Shown piece after piece: positions 35,701 to 44,523 of a stretch of 45,970 nucleotides of DNA (positions are counted from its first letter, which is position 1; the number at the start of each line of letters is the position of its first letter). The DNA lies in the NCBI GenBank assembly GCA_964616495.1, contig CAZTRF010000003.1, positions 1-45,970 on the forward strand, in the 5' to 3' direction. This DNA comes from an uncultured Muribaculaceae bacterium (GTDB taxonomy: Bacteria; Bacillota_I; Bacilli_A; RF39; UBA660). Made by a program: the position numbers and the translations under genes. Under the pieces are notes generated by a model, which saw only the letters and a program-made list of their open reading frames with translations, made no database searches and was not told where the DNA came from.

Positions 35701-38700
35701 TAGTTATACCGATGGGCGTCTTAGAATCTATGTTCCAAATGGTTTAAGCTCTAATAATGTCAGTTATTTATCTCTTTATAAAAAATTACTTCCTAATGTA
35801 GCTCAATATGTATATCAACAAGGCCTTAATTCAACTATAGCTCAATATGGATATCCATTAGGAACTGATTCTGATACCACTTATACCCATTTAATGGTTC
35901 CTTTTGTTTTTAATGATTATACAGTTAAAGAGGTAAGTTTAACTAATAAAAATGGTAACAGCGTTACCGGATGGGAAATAATTTCATATCAGGGAGCTGA
36001 TTTAAATAATAGTTATGATATTCCTAATAGTATTACTGCTGGCCCTAATAATATTACTTATCCAGTTATTTCGATTGGAGAAGGGGCTTATCGCAATGTT
36101 AATATTGAAACTGACCATATTATTGAAATAGATAATTCTAATTTACTTAAAATAGGTTCTTATGCTTTTTATAATTTAGAGTTAAAAACCATTCATACTC
36201 CTGAAGTTTTACAAATAGGTTCTTATGCTTTTAGTGGAACCAGTTTGGAAGTAGCCCGTTTTGAAAACCTTCAAGTTTTAGGGGATTATGCCTTAACTAG
36301 TATTACTAACTTATATAGTTTAAATATTGGTAAAGTTGCTTTGATGGGATATAATTGTATTTCAGATAATGCTAACTTAGAGCAATTGTTTATTAATAAT
36401 ACAGACTTAAATATCGTATTAAATGGGTCACCATTTGCTAATATTGGAACCAATAGTAATGAACGTCTTAGAATTTATGTTCCAGATAGTACAACCTCCC
36501 TTACATATTATAAAAATTTAATTTCAGAATATGCCGATTACATTTATCCAACCGGAACTATTATTGGTTCTTTCGTTAATGGATCTCTTTATTATGATAT
36601 TGGAGAGTATACGGTTAAAGAGGTTACTTTAAATAATTATGCTAATGAGAGTGTTACGGGATGGGAAATAATTGAGTATCATGGAGCCAATTTATCTAGT
36701 TCCTTTGATATAGCAACTAATTTAACAGCTATTACATCAAACTTAACAGCTTCGGTGGTTAAGGTTGGAAACAATGGCAATGTTTATCAGTATGCAGTTA
36801 CGATTACCAATAATGGTAATACTGGTGTTAGTTCATGGAAAATGAATATGACTTTGCCTTCAAGTGTTACTTATAATTCAGTTTCTAATGCTTTGGTAAC
36901 TAATAATACTACTAGCTTATATATTAGAAATACACCTTCAAATGCAGTAATAGCTGCTGGAGGGACAGCAACGTTTACCATTTACTTAGAGACTTTAATT
37001 ACAAGTTATATGCCATATTTTTCTGATGTTAATGTTACCAATCCAACTGGAACAACTCTTCCGGTAATCTCAGTTGGAAATTATGCCTTTATTCATACTA
37101 TTTCGGAACAAGATGCTAGTATTAATATTACTAATGATAATCTTTTATCAATAGGTATAGATGCTTTTAGAAATATAACCAATATTAAATCTTTAATTTT
37201 AAATGAAGTGTTAACTGTAGGTAGTGGAGCCTTTTATAATAATGCAACCATTGAAACAGTGACTTTCAATCATTTAAATGAAATTAGAGCTAATGCTTTC
37301 GGTAATTCATCAAGATTGTTTAATATTAATTTTGGCAAAGTTACTATTATGGACGCTAATGTTTTAACAAATGCCCCTTATCTAGAACAGGTGTTCTTTG
37401 ATGTTAGACATGTTAACTTAGCTATTGATTATCAATCAATTAATAACGTTGGTTCTCAAGCCAATAATCGTTTAAGATTCTATGTTACTGATGGCACTGA
37501 CACTAATAATATTCCTTATGTTAACACTTATAGAGATTTATTTTTGAATGAATATAAAGACTATTTTTATCCAAAAGGATATATAATTGGAAATTATTCA
37601 CAACCTAATAGTCCTTTTGTTATAGGAGATTATTCGGTTAGAGAAGTAACCGTTAAAGATAAAGACAACAATGATGTGACGGGATGGGAATTTATTGAAT
37701 ATCATGGTGCTGATTTATCCGGAGCATATAATTTCCCGGATGAGGCAACTTATATTAGCAGTACTATATCGGGAGTATTAAGATATAATAGATCTTGGAA
37801 TAACAACGTGACTTATAACGATGAATATTATGTTGATATTTATAATAATGGAACGCTTCCTACAACTTCATGGCAATTTGATCTTGACTATTCATCAGGA
37901 GCTACTGTCACAACATATAGTTGTAATAAAGTAAATGGAGCTAATGGTTTAACTATTACCAATGCCAGTTGGAATAAAACAATTGCTGTAGGAGAATTTG
38001 AAAGTTGTCAGGTTATTATATCTTATTCAAGCCCTGATATTTATGCTTCGATTAGTAATGTTAGACAGGCATCAGATGCTCAAATTACCAATCCGATTGT
38101 TGTGATTGGAGATTATGCCTTTAGTCATGCTTTATCTAATTCTAATACAAGTTTTGATATCATTAATAATGATTTAATTTATATTGGCGATTCAGCTTTT
38201 GATAATTTTACCGGGGCAGTTAATTTATCATCTACCGGAGTTATTGAAGTAGGAGAATATGCCTTTAGAGGCAATCATCTTCAAACTATTAATTTACCTA
38301 ATTTAGTTACTTTAGGACAATATGCTTTTGCTAATAATCCGAACTTATATTATGCTAATTTAGGCAAGACCACTTCTTTACCAAGCAGTGTCTTAGCCGG
38401 AGCAGTTAATTTAACCCAGTTATTCTTAAATAATACCACAATTCCAAATGGATCAACATCTATGAATCTAGCTATTGGAGAAAATGCTTTATTGAATGTT
38501 GGGCAAAATATGGACCAAAGATTTAGAATATATGTTCCGGCTGGAAGTATACCAGGAGCTCAAAATAATTTAACCTATGTAACAGCATACAAAAACACTT
38601 TACCATCATCATTTAGCTTATATATTTATGAAACTGGAACCCTAATAGGAGATAACTACAATCATGGTAGTATTCCTTATGTTATTAAAGAATATATGGT

Positions 38701-40768
38701 TAAAATGACCACTATTGATGGCGTAAATGGTCTTCAAATAATCGATTATCATGGTCCAGATATATCTACTAACTATGCTTATCCTGATACTCTTTATTAT
38801 AATAATGCTAATACTAATGTTATTGCTATTGGTGATGGAGCATTTAGATTAACCGATGTTACTAATAGTTGGACCTTTGATATTGAAACGTCCAACTTAC
38901 AATCGATTGGTGATTATGCATTCTATAATTTTAGTGCAATAGATGTCATTAATACTCCTAATTTAAAAACAGTAGGATCATATGCTTTTAGATATAATAA
39001 TATAAGTTATTTTAGTGCTCCGCAATTAACTAGTATTGGGAATTATGCCTTAGCTGATAATACTTTACTTTATTATGTTGATGCAGGATTAATTGAAGTT
39101 ATATCATATGGTTTATTCTATAATGATGCTGCAATGCTTCAGATGTTTTTTAGAAGTACCCATGATGATTCTACTTCTAGTAGAATGAGTCTAGATATTC
39201 AGGGTGAAGCATTTACTAATATGGGAAATATTTCTTCTAAACGATTTAGAATTTATGTTCCTGATGGAATAGTTCCAAATACGGGAGATACACTTACATA
39301 TTTGCAAGCTTATAAAAATACTTTTCCAACTAGTTTAGCACCATACATTTTTGAAACTGGTTTCTTAGTTGGAGCTTATGTTTATTCAAATACCTATTCT
39401 ATTTTTAATTATATGATTAAAGAAGTAACAATTGACGGAACAACTGGCTGGCAAATAGTTGATTATCATGGTCCAGATGCTGGTGCTTCATTTGTAATGG
39501 ATAGTCCAATGACTAATGCTTTGGGTGAAGAATTACCAGTAATATCTATAGGAGATAATTCATTCAGATATACGATTGCTACGACGGGATCTAATTGGAG
39601 CTTAACTTTACCATCTAGTGTTATTTATATTGGAGACTATGCTTTCTATCAAAGAGATGTGTATGAATTAACGGCTTCTGACTTAATATATATTGGCGAA
39701 AGAGCTTTCTATCAATGTCGTAAATTAACTACTGTAGCTATTGGAGATGCAGAAGTTATATCTGACTATGCTTTCTATAATACAACAGTTTCTACTGTGA
39801 CCTTAGGAGATGATGTTAGTAGTATTGGAAATTATGCTTTCTATAATACCTATGATAACAATGCCTTAAGTAACTTTTATATAATGTCTACAACACCACC
39901 AACCATTTATTCAACAACTTTCCCACCACGAAGAGAATCTTCCAGTTTCTTTGGAACTACCTACTCATTTAATATTACTTTCCATGTTCCATATGCTTAC
40001 CAAGAAGATTATGAAACGGCTCCAAATTGGTCATATTATAAGGGAACTGTACCGGGGCTTTTTGGTAGTACAAGTTATGATAGAATTGTAGGAATTGGAT
40101 CAATAAGTAATAACTACTTTGTTTTTAATATCATTAATACTAATGAAGCTGAAATAGTTGGATATACCAGAACTAGTGTTAGTAATAATAATTTAACAGT
40201 ACCAACTTCGCTTAGAACTAGTAGTAGTAACACTTATTATACAGTTACCTCTATAGCTGGGAATGCTTTTGATAACTTAACAAGCCTAACTAAAATAACT
40301 TTACCAAGTTCTTTAAAAGCCATAGGCGATAATTTCCTTGCTGGTAATAGATCTCTTCAATCTATTAATGTTAGTGGCGGGACCTACTTTACTAGTATTG
40401 ATTCAGTATTATTTAGTTATGATAGAACGGCGTTAATTAAATTCCCATCTGCAAAAACTACAACCAATAATAGTTATGCTATTCCTAGTACAACAAGAGT
40501 CATAGTAGCGGGCGCATTTTCTGGAAATAGATATACTACTCAAGTTACCTTAAATACAGATTTAGTAGCTATTGGAAATGGGGCTTTTGATAATACAACA
40601 AGATTAAATAATTATTATTTTGAAGGAAGTGTTCCTCCTTATTTATTAGGATTTGACGTCTTCCCAGTTTCAAGCAGTTTAAGAATGTACTATAGAACCG
40701 CCTATTTTGATACCTATAATACTAACATTTTCTATTCAAAATATTCTGCTTATGCTTATACATATTAG
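32795..40768 (+). CDS. Giant 2,657-aa surface protein: N-terminal TM/SipW-like signal, TasA-like domain, beta-helix-like region and 5-6 BspA-type LRR modules with two CBM-like inserts
   Basis: AGGAGGA RBS. FAVIIAILVFTFSNSFSWLYE, then FLEVRNTGTLDMEYSVSF (TasA-like). QLREVLLSSNSGDTIRLIDDISIAGNLAISKRINLD looks like a right-handed beta-helix. There are dozens of IG(D/N)YAF(Y/S)N LRR_5 units. Module ends recur as RLRIYVP ... Y(T/S)V(K/R)EV ... VTGWEIIEYHGA(D/N)L. Confidence 0.85.
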   Translation: MQKKLNKSIRNYYYKKNYRDFILNKNPLVLFKNLKKLLFPGFSKLEDLKDKPKAIKKALTFEKRTYLKFAVIIAILVFTFSNSFSWLYEYYLSHGSLITTGEISHEIIEYDDTGAALLEDSITHTLIYETNMSNVTKSTKFLEVRNTGTLDMEYSVSFSLEGTIEVSGIMFYRIYDITSEVNNETISATYPTRLQAYAANNPIDPALETDTTKPVSNMSLLNNLIVTGTVEVNNDPTLNSKYYRIDYGMYTGVTTTAYQDDSFSVHLNVYSSQVGTISNSANSHIWEVSTETQLREVLLSSNSGDTIRLIDDISIAGNLAISKRINLDTNDYILNIAGDLIYDFVNLGNLTIDVSGEGRIRVGNNFNMTVPKASVHIIGNDKNYDFFVGGTVTWNAIQDGENDGILLENVNFVSSTQTLMPINVNLLSNTRLTLAPGVRLGFVYANQGSTNIEVINNGIITQLQFQDMNLLATFTKAQIYVYNLGTILGVEGSTGILLPTTSTPYLGPNNGNTLIVRGITSSDITVSGSQNYTLIDIQNNYTNSSVIPYNVVPNVEPDSYMVYIRENNVSVESLLTEYFEQRNVVSASASITGIKNLMIYTLNAQYVENEDFAFFKSTRIPNLEYLNLENSRIKDDSNGTTVYNKIVDGAMEGKTSLKTLLLPNTLIEIGDYAFNGIVLGHLSNLSSESFSFITIPETVEEIGDYAFYNAEYVKMRSANVPTLYAHSFNTSNSGAKYFVPHGSISTYQENQYINEINVHETADLSDNRRYFLYDSINGGYGISYNVNNLNTSTTLGIPGTEIYNGTEKNITAIGTSAYRDLSITNAEGVALILESTVAKIDAYAFYDLNIKSASFSSITEVGDYAFYSVPLARVFGNNITKIGNYAFYESGITNLSLGNISSIGNYAFTNNLSLTEIDLGNIRTIGNYAFSNCQSITKATFDTIETEIVNNAEEMNIQLGTNALVGNWGSYTDGRLRIYVPNGLSSNNVSYLSLYKKLLPNVAQYVYQQGLNSTIAQYGYPLGTDSDTTYTHLMVPFVFNDYTVKEVSLTNKNGNSVTGWEIISYQGADLNNSYDIPNSITAGPNNITYPVISIGEGAYRNVNIETDHIIEIDNSNLLKIGSYAFYNLELKTIHTPEVLQIGSYAFSGTSLEVARFENLQVLGDYALTSITNLYSLNIGKVALMGYNCISDNANLEQLFINNTDLNIVLNGSPFANIGTNSNERLRIYVPDSTTSLTYYKNLISEYADYIYPTGTIIGSFVNGSLYYDIGEYTVKEVTLNNYANESVTGWEIIEYHGANLSSSFDIATNLTAITSNLTASVVKVGNNGNVYQYAVTITNNGNTGVSSWKMNMTLPSSVTYNSVSNALVTNNTTSLYIRNTPSNAVIAAGGTATFTIYLETLITSYMPYFSDVNVTNPTGTTLPVISVGNYAFIHTISEQDASINITNDNLLSIGIDAFRNITNIKSLILNEVLTVGSGAFYNNATIETVTFNHLNEIRANAFGNSSRLFNINFGKVTIMDANVLTNAPYLEQVFFDVRHVNLAIDYQSINNVGSQANNRLRFYVTDGTDTNNIPYVNTYRDLFLNEYKDYFYPKGYIIGNYSQPNSPFVIGDYSVREVTVKDKDNNDVTGWEFIEYHGADLSGAYNFPDEATYISSTISGVLRYNRSWNNNVTYNDEYYVDIYNNGTLPTTSWQFDLDYSSGATVTTYSCNKVNGANGLTITNASWNKTIAVGEFESCQVIISYSSPDIYASISNVRQASDAQITNPIVVIGDYAFSHALSNSNTSFDIINNDLIYIGDSAFDNFTGAVNLSSTGVIEVGEYAFRGNHLQTINLPNLVTLGQYAFANNPNLYYANLGKTTSLPSSVLAGAVNLTQLFLNNTTIPNGSTSMNLAIGENALLNVGQNMDQRFRIYVPAGSIPGAQNNLTYVTAYKNTLPSSFSLYIYETGTLIGDNYNHGSIPYVIKEYMVKMTTIDGVNGLQIIDYHGPDISTNYAYPDTLYYNNANTNVIAIGDGAFRLTDVTNSWTFDIETSNLQSIGDYAFYNFSAIDVINTPNLKTVGSYAFRYNNISYFSAPQLTSIGNYALADNTLLYYVDAGLIEVISYGLFYNDAAMLQMFFRSTHDDSTSSRMSLDIQGEAFTNMGNISSKRFRIYVPDGIVPNTGDTLTYLQAYKNTFPTSLAPYIFETGFLVGAYVYSNTYSIFNYMIKEVTIDGTTGWQIVDYHGPDAGASFVMDSPMTNALGEELPVISIGDNSFRYTIATTGSNWSLTLPSSVIYIGDYAFYQRDVYELTASDLIYIGERAFYQCRKLTTVAIGDAEVISDYAFYNTTVSTVTLGDDVSSIGNYAFYNTYDNNALSNFYIMSTTPPTIYSTTFPPRRESSSFFGTTYSFNITFHVPYAYQEDYETAPNWSYYKGTVPGLFGSTSYDRIVGIGSISNNYFVFNIINTNEAEIVGYTRTSVSNNNLTVPTSLRTSSSNTYYTVTSIAGNAFDNLTSLTKITLPSSLKAIGDNFLAGNRSLQSINVSGGTYFTSIDSVLFSYDRTALIKFPSAKTTTNNSYAIPSTTRVIVAGAFSGNRYTTQVTLNTDLVAIGNGAFDNTTRLNNYYFEGSVPPYLLGFDVFPVSSSLRMYYRTAYFDTYNTNIFYSKYSAYAYTY

Positions 40769-40789
40769 AAAAACATTAAGTAATTAATT

Positions 40790-40821
40790 AAAACTTTCTA
40801 TTTAAAATAGAAAGTTTTTTT
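40790..40821. terminator. Bidirectional terminator between the giant gene and the ger operon
   Basis: Palindrome AAAACTTTCTA-TTTAAAA-TAGAAAGTTTT with flanking A and T runs. Confidence 0.7.
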
Positions 40822-41877
40822 ATAATATTTAGATAATTTTATTTTAATGAAAGTTATAAATATAAGTAATAAGATTATTCCTCTAATATATATAGCTTTC
40901 GTATAGATATAGTTATTAAATTGAATACTATTTTTGAAAACAATAAGAGAAAATATCATAATAATAAAAATGATTATAGAAGGAATAATATATTTATTTT
41001 TAGATTTTTTAACAAAGGATTTTATAAAATAGGTTATAAAGGTTAAGGAAAAGAAAATTCCAAATATCCACTGAATATTAATAATGTTTTCAACCCGATC
41101 TAAAAAGTTAAAATAATTTACTTTTTTAAGAACTATATATTCAGGAAATTGATATATTCTACTTAAATGAATTCCTAAATTGCCTAAAGTTACAAAACTG
41201 ATAATAAACATTAATAAAAGAGCTATAAAGTAAGCTAAAATTATTTGCTTTTTAGAAGATTTAATTTGTTTTTTAGGAATACCTAAAAATAAGAATATAG
41301 GAGAGATATTAAAAAGTATTATATATAAAGAACCTTTGAGAGGTGCTTTTATTCCATACTCTAAAATGGGTTTTAAGTTATCTATTTCTATTTGTGGTGT
41401 AAGATTAAAAACAGCTAATAAATATAATGTAAGATTAATAATTACTAAAATAAAACACATACTTGAAATAGCTTTAATATCTTTACTAACGGCCCAAATA
41501 ACTAATAGAGCAAATAAAAAGGCAATTATAAGAGGAGGAGTAAACTGTAAAATTTGAGTTGTAATAAAAACAGTTAAGTTATACATTAGGCTTACCCCAA
41601 TAATGGCTGCTCCTATTACAAATAAAACATTTATTATAAAACCAACTTTTTTGCCAAATAAAGTAATAATTTTTTCTTTAAGATTAAGTTCTGGCTGATA
41701 GTTAAAAATAGTAATAAAAAAATATAAAATAATAAGCCCTAAAAAAGAGGCAATAATTATACTAAAATAAGAATCAACACCAGCTGACTTTATTGAAGAA
41801 AAAATACCTATTCCTAAGAAATTGGTTAAAAAAAGCATTAAAATCATACTGGAAAATTCCAATTTACTTATTTTCAT
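40798..41877 (-). CDS. Spore germinant receptor B subunit (GerAB/GerKB family, APC-like permease)
   Basis: 359 aa, about 10 TM helices. It is the last gene of an A-C-B ger operon and overlaps the C gene by 14 nt. Confidence 0.8.
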   Translation of the reverse strand: MKISKLEFSSMILMLFLTNFLGIGIFSSIKSAGVDSYFSIIIASFLGLIILYFFITIFNYQPELNLKEKIITLFGKKVGFIINVLFVIGAAIIGVSLMYNLTVFITTQILQFTPPLIIAFLFALLVIWAVSKDIKAISSMCFILVIINLTLYLLAVFNLTPQIEIDNLKPILEYGIKAPLKGSLYIILFNISPIFLFLGIPKKQIKSSKKQIILAYFIALLLMFIISFVTLGNLGIHLSRIYQFPEYIVLKKVNYFNFLDRVENIINIQWIFGIFFSLTFITYFIKSFVKKSKNKYIIPSIIIFIIMIFSLIVFKNSIQFNNYIYTKAIYIRGIILLLIFITFIKIKLSKYYKKTFYFK

Positions 41878-43024
41878 TATTTATCACCCTTAAAGTATTT
41901 CCTTTTTCTGCAATTGAGGCCTTTACTTTGATTTCAAAGTTAAGATTATTAATAAATTCATCAAAATTAATAGTTTTATAAAATTTATTATTATTTTTAT
42001 ATAAGTAATCATTAATATTTAAAGAATCTATTTTATTTTCTTTATAAAGTTTATTAATTAATTTTTCAGATTCACTTTTAATGTTATTAGCCAATAACTT
42101 TTCTAACTTTTTTATTTCTTTTTCATCTTCAAGGTTAATGTTACAGGTTATTTCATTAATATTGGCTTTTACCCTTATATCAATATAAAAAGTTTTATTA
42201 TAGTTAAATTTGGTTTTGTTAGAAGTGATTTCTAAAGTTGTATAATTATTTTCATCACACTTTAATGTCAAAACACTTTCATTAATATTATTTTTTAAAA
42301 AAGAAAAATAAATACTTTCTTTATTATCTAAATAAAGGGCTAATTTACTATCTTTAAATAACCCGGTACTACCAATTTCTAAAATATCATCAACTTTAGC
42401 CTTTTTTAATGAATCAATATTGTCATAATCATAGTCACTTTTTAAAGTTATTGTGGGAATAAATATTTCTCGTTTTTTATTTAGATAGTCGTTTAAAAAC
42501 TCTTCCATAGTTAAGACGGTGGTTGCTCCTAAATATTTTTCATTAGTTTTAATCATTGAAACGATACTATTAGCATTTATTCCCTCTAATGGAGTAATAG
42601 TTTTTAAAATATCTTTGGCCTGTCCATTTTTAGCAATAATTACTAAAAATTGTTTTCTAGATTCAGTATCCCTAAAGACAATATCCATAATCTTATCTAT
42701 TCCTTGATAAGCTAATTCCTCCCCAATAATATATAATTGAAGATGTTCGGCATATAATCTTTTGGGTGAAACATCCACTACTTTTCTAAGGCCTTCTTGA
42801 ATAGTTTTGCTTTCAATTTCATAAATATTAAATTCTGGTTTAGAATAACCACTTTCAATATCACTATTTTTTTTAGTAATATTAACTATTTGAGAAGTTA
42901 TAATATAATTTTCATCTTTAATATCTAAGCCAACAGCACTCATAATTGCTAGTTCATCTAATTCTCGATAATTAAAACAACCAGTGACTATCAAACATCC
43001 TATTAAAATAAATAGTTTTTTCAT
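41864..43024 (-). CDS. Spore germinant receptor C subunit (Ger(x)C lipoprotein)
   Basis: Lipobox LIGCLIVTGC followed by FNYRELDELAIMSAVGLD, the typical Ger(x)C N-terminus. ATGA-type overlap with the A subunit. Confidence 0.85.
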   Translation of the reverse strand: MKKLFILIGCLIVTGCFNYRELDELAIMSAVGLDIKDENYIITSQIVNITKKNSDIESGYSKPEFNIYEIESKTIQEGLRKVVDVSPKRLYAEHLQLYIIGEELAYQGIDKIMDIVFRDTESRKQFLVIIAKNGQAKDILKTITPLEGINANSIVSMIKTNEKYLGATTVLTMEEFLNDYLNKKREIFIPTITLKSDYDYDNIDSLKKAKVDDILEIGSTGLFKDSKLALYLDNKESIYFSFLKNNINESVLTLKCDENNYTTLEITSNKTKFNYNKTFYIDIRVKANINEITCNINLEDEKEIKKLEKLLANNIKSESEKLINKLYKENKIDSLNINDYLYKNNNKFYKTINFDEFINNLNFEIKVKASIAEKGNTLRVINNENK

Positions 43025-44439
43025 TTTTTTTGATCTCCTAACTGGTTGGGGCTAACCGTTTTGGTAGTGGTTTTTGTTTTTATAATAGAATCTTTTAGTC
43101 CCTTAGAATCAAGGGGAGATATTGGCATTAAATAGGGAACTCCTAAGGAAGTGGTGCTAATTAAATTGATTAAAAAGAAAATAAAGGCTATAACAACTCC
43201 AATTACTCCCAAAATGGTTCCCCCAAGCATAAAAATAATTCGGTAAATTCGAAGAGAGTTAATAAATGATGGCTCGGTAAATGGTAGAGAACAAATAGCT
43301 GTGAAAGCTATAGTAATTATCATGATTGGTGATACTATTCCGGCACTAACGGCTGCTTCTCCTAAGATTAAAGCACCCACTATTGAAAGAGAACCAGTAG
43401 AAATACTAGGCATTCTGATATCAGCTTCTCTAATTAAGTCAAAAGCAAAAATCATAATGAATGCTTCAATAAAGGCTGGAAAAGGGACTCCGCTTCTTTG
43501 GGCTGCAAAATTTACTAATAATTTGGTTGGAATAATTTCTTGATTATAGTTAACTAAAGCAATGTATAATCCGGGACCAGCTATGGCTATAAAAAAAGCA
43601 ATAAACTTTAATAGTCGAATAATGGTAACATTGATGCTTTTACTATATATATCATCAGGAGTTTTAAAAAAGTCATTTATAGTGACAGGAAGAATTAAGG
43701 AATAGCAAGAATTATCAATAGTAATAACCACTTTTCCCTCTAAAAGAGAATTACAGACTAAGTCAGGTCTTTCGGTAGTTTGAATTGTAGGAAATAAAAA
43801 AGAATCTTTTTCAAGTAATAAATTTTTTAAAATTTCCCCATCTACAATTCCATCAACGACTAAATTACTAAGTTTTTTAGTTATTTGCTTAACATAAGAG
43901 GCATTAGAAAGGTTTTTCATATAAAGGAGACTAGTCTTAGTTTTGGTTTCTTTCCCAATATAAAAGTTTTTAATCCATAAATTATTACTTTTAATTCTTT
44001 TTTTTATAAGTCCGGTATTTATTTGAATATCTTCAACAAAAGAGTCTCTGCTGCCTCTAACAGTAGTTTCAGCTATAGGAGTGGCGATAGACCTATTTAA
44101 AAGAGCTCTAGTTTCTAATGCTAAAGGTTCTTCATTAGAAAGAATAATAACAAATCCTCTATTTAAGTAAAAAATTAATTCTTGATAATCTTTTATTTTT
44201 AATATTTTAAAATTAGAAATATTATTAATAATAAAATCATTTAAGTTTTTAACTTTTTTGTTAGTTTCGATATTATTAAGACCTCTAACTACAAAATCAC
44301 TAATTTTATCACTTGATATTAAGGGTTCATTAAATATTAAGATGATTTTTTGTTTCATAAAAAATAATTCGCGATAAATTATATCATCACTATTATTGGT
44401 TTCTTTCTTGAGTTTTAAAATAATATCATATTGATTCAT
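43021..44439 (-). CDS. Spore germinant receptor A subunit (GerA family)
   Basis: 472 aa. SRDSFVEDIQINTGLIKKRIK, FPTIQTTERPD and a C-terminal 5-TM region are typical of GerAA/GerKA. Confidence 0.9.
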   Translation of the reverse strand: MNQYDIILKLKKETNNSDDIIYRELFFMKQKIILIFNEPLISSDKISDFVVRGLNNIETNKKVKNLNDFIINNISNFKILKIKDYQELIFYLNRGFVIILSNEEPLALETRALLNRSIATPIAETTVRGSRDSFVEDIQINTGLIKKRIKSNNLWIKNFYIGKETKTKTSLLYMKNLSNASYVKQITKKLSNLVVDGIVDGEILKNLLLEKDSFLFPTIQTTERPDLVCNSLLEGKVVITIDNSCYSLILPVTINDFFKTPDDIYSKSINVTIIRLLKFIAFFIAIAGPGLYIALVNYNQEIIPTKLLVNFAAQRSGVPFPAFIEAFIMIFAFDLIREADIRMPSISTGSLSIVGALILGEAAVSAGIVSPIMIITIAFTAICSLPFTEPSFINSLRIYRIIFMLGGTILGVIGVVIAFIFFLINLISTTSLGVPYLMPISPLDSKGLKDSIIKTKTTTKTVSPNQLGDQKK

Positions 44440-44523
44440 AATATTAATATGTGTTTAATTTGAGTTTTTAAACTTTAAAATATTTTATTTAGTGATATAA
44501 TTTTTAAAAGAGGAGTGATGTAA

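Noticed and set aside
20667-40768. Sortase B anchoring the giant LRR protein or the TasA-like proteins
   Set aside because: None of these proteins ends with a sorting motif, hydrophobic stretch and basic tail. The giant ends in YSAYAYTY and the TasA-like proteins end in hydrophilic or beta-strand sequence. The sortase is also on the opposite strand, separated by other genes and a terminator.
32795-40768. Repetitive nucleotide stretches (e.g. GGATGGGAAATAATT…, GGAAATTATGCTTTT…) as a CRISPR array or tandem satellite
   Set aside because: The repeats are in-frame, of variable spacing (about 690-1060 nt between module linkers) and diverged. They encode protein LRR modules within one continuous ORF.
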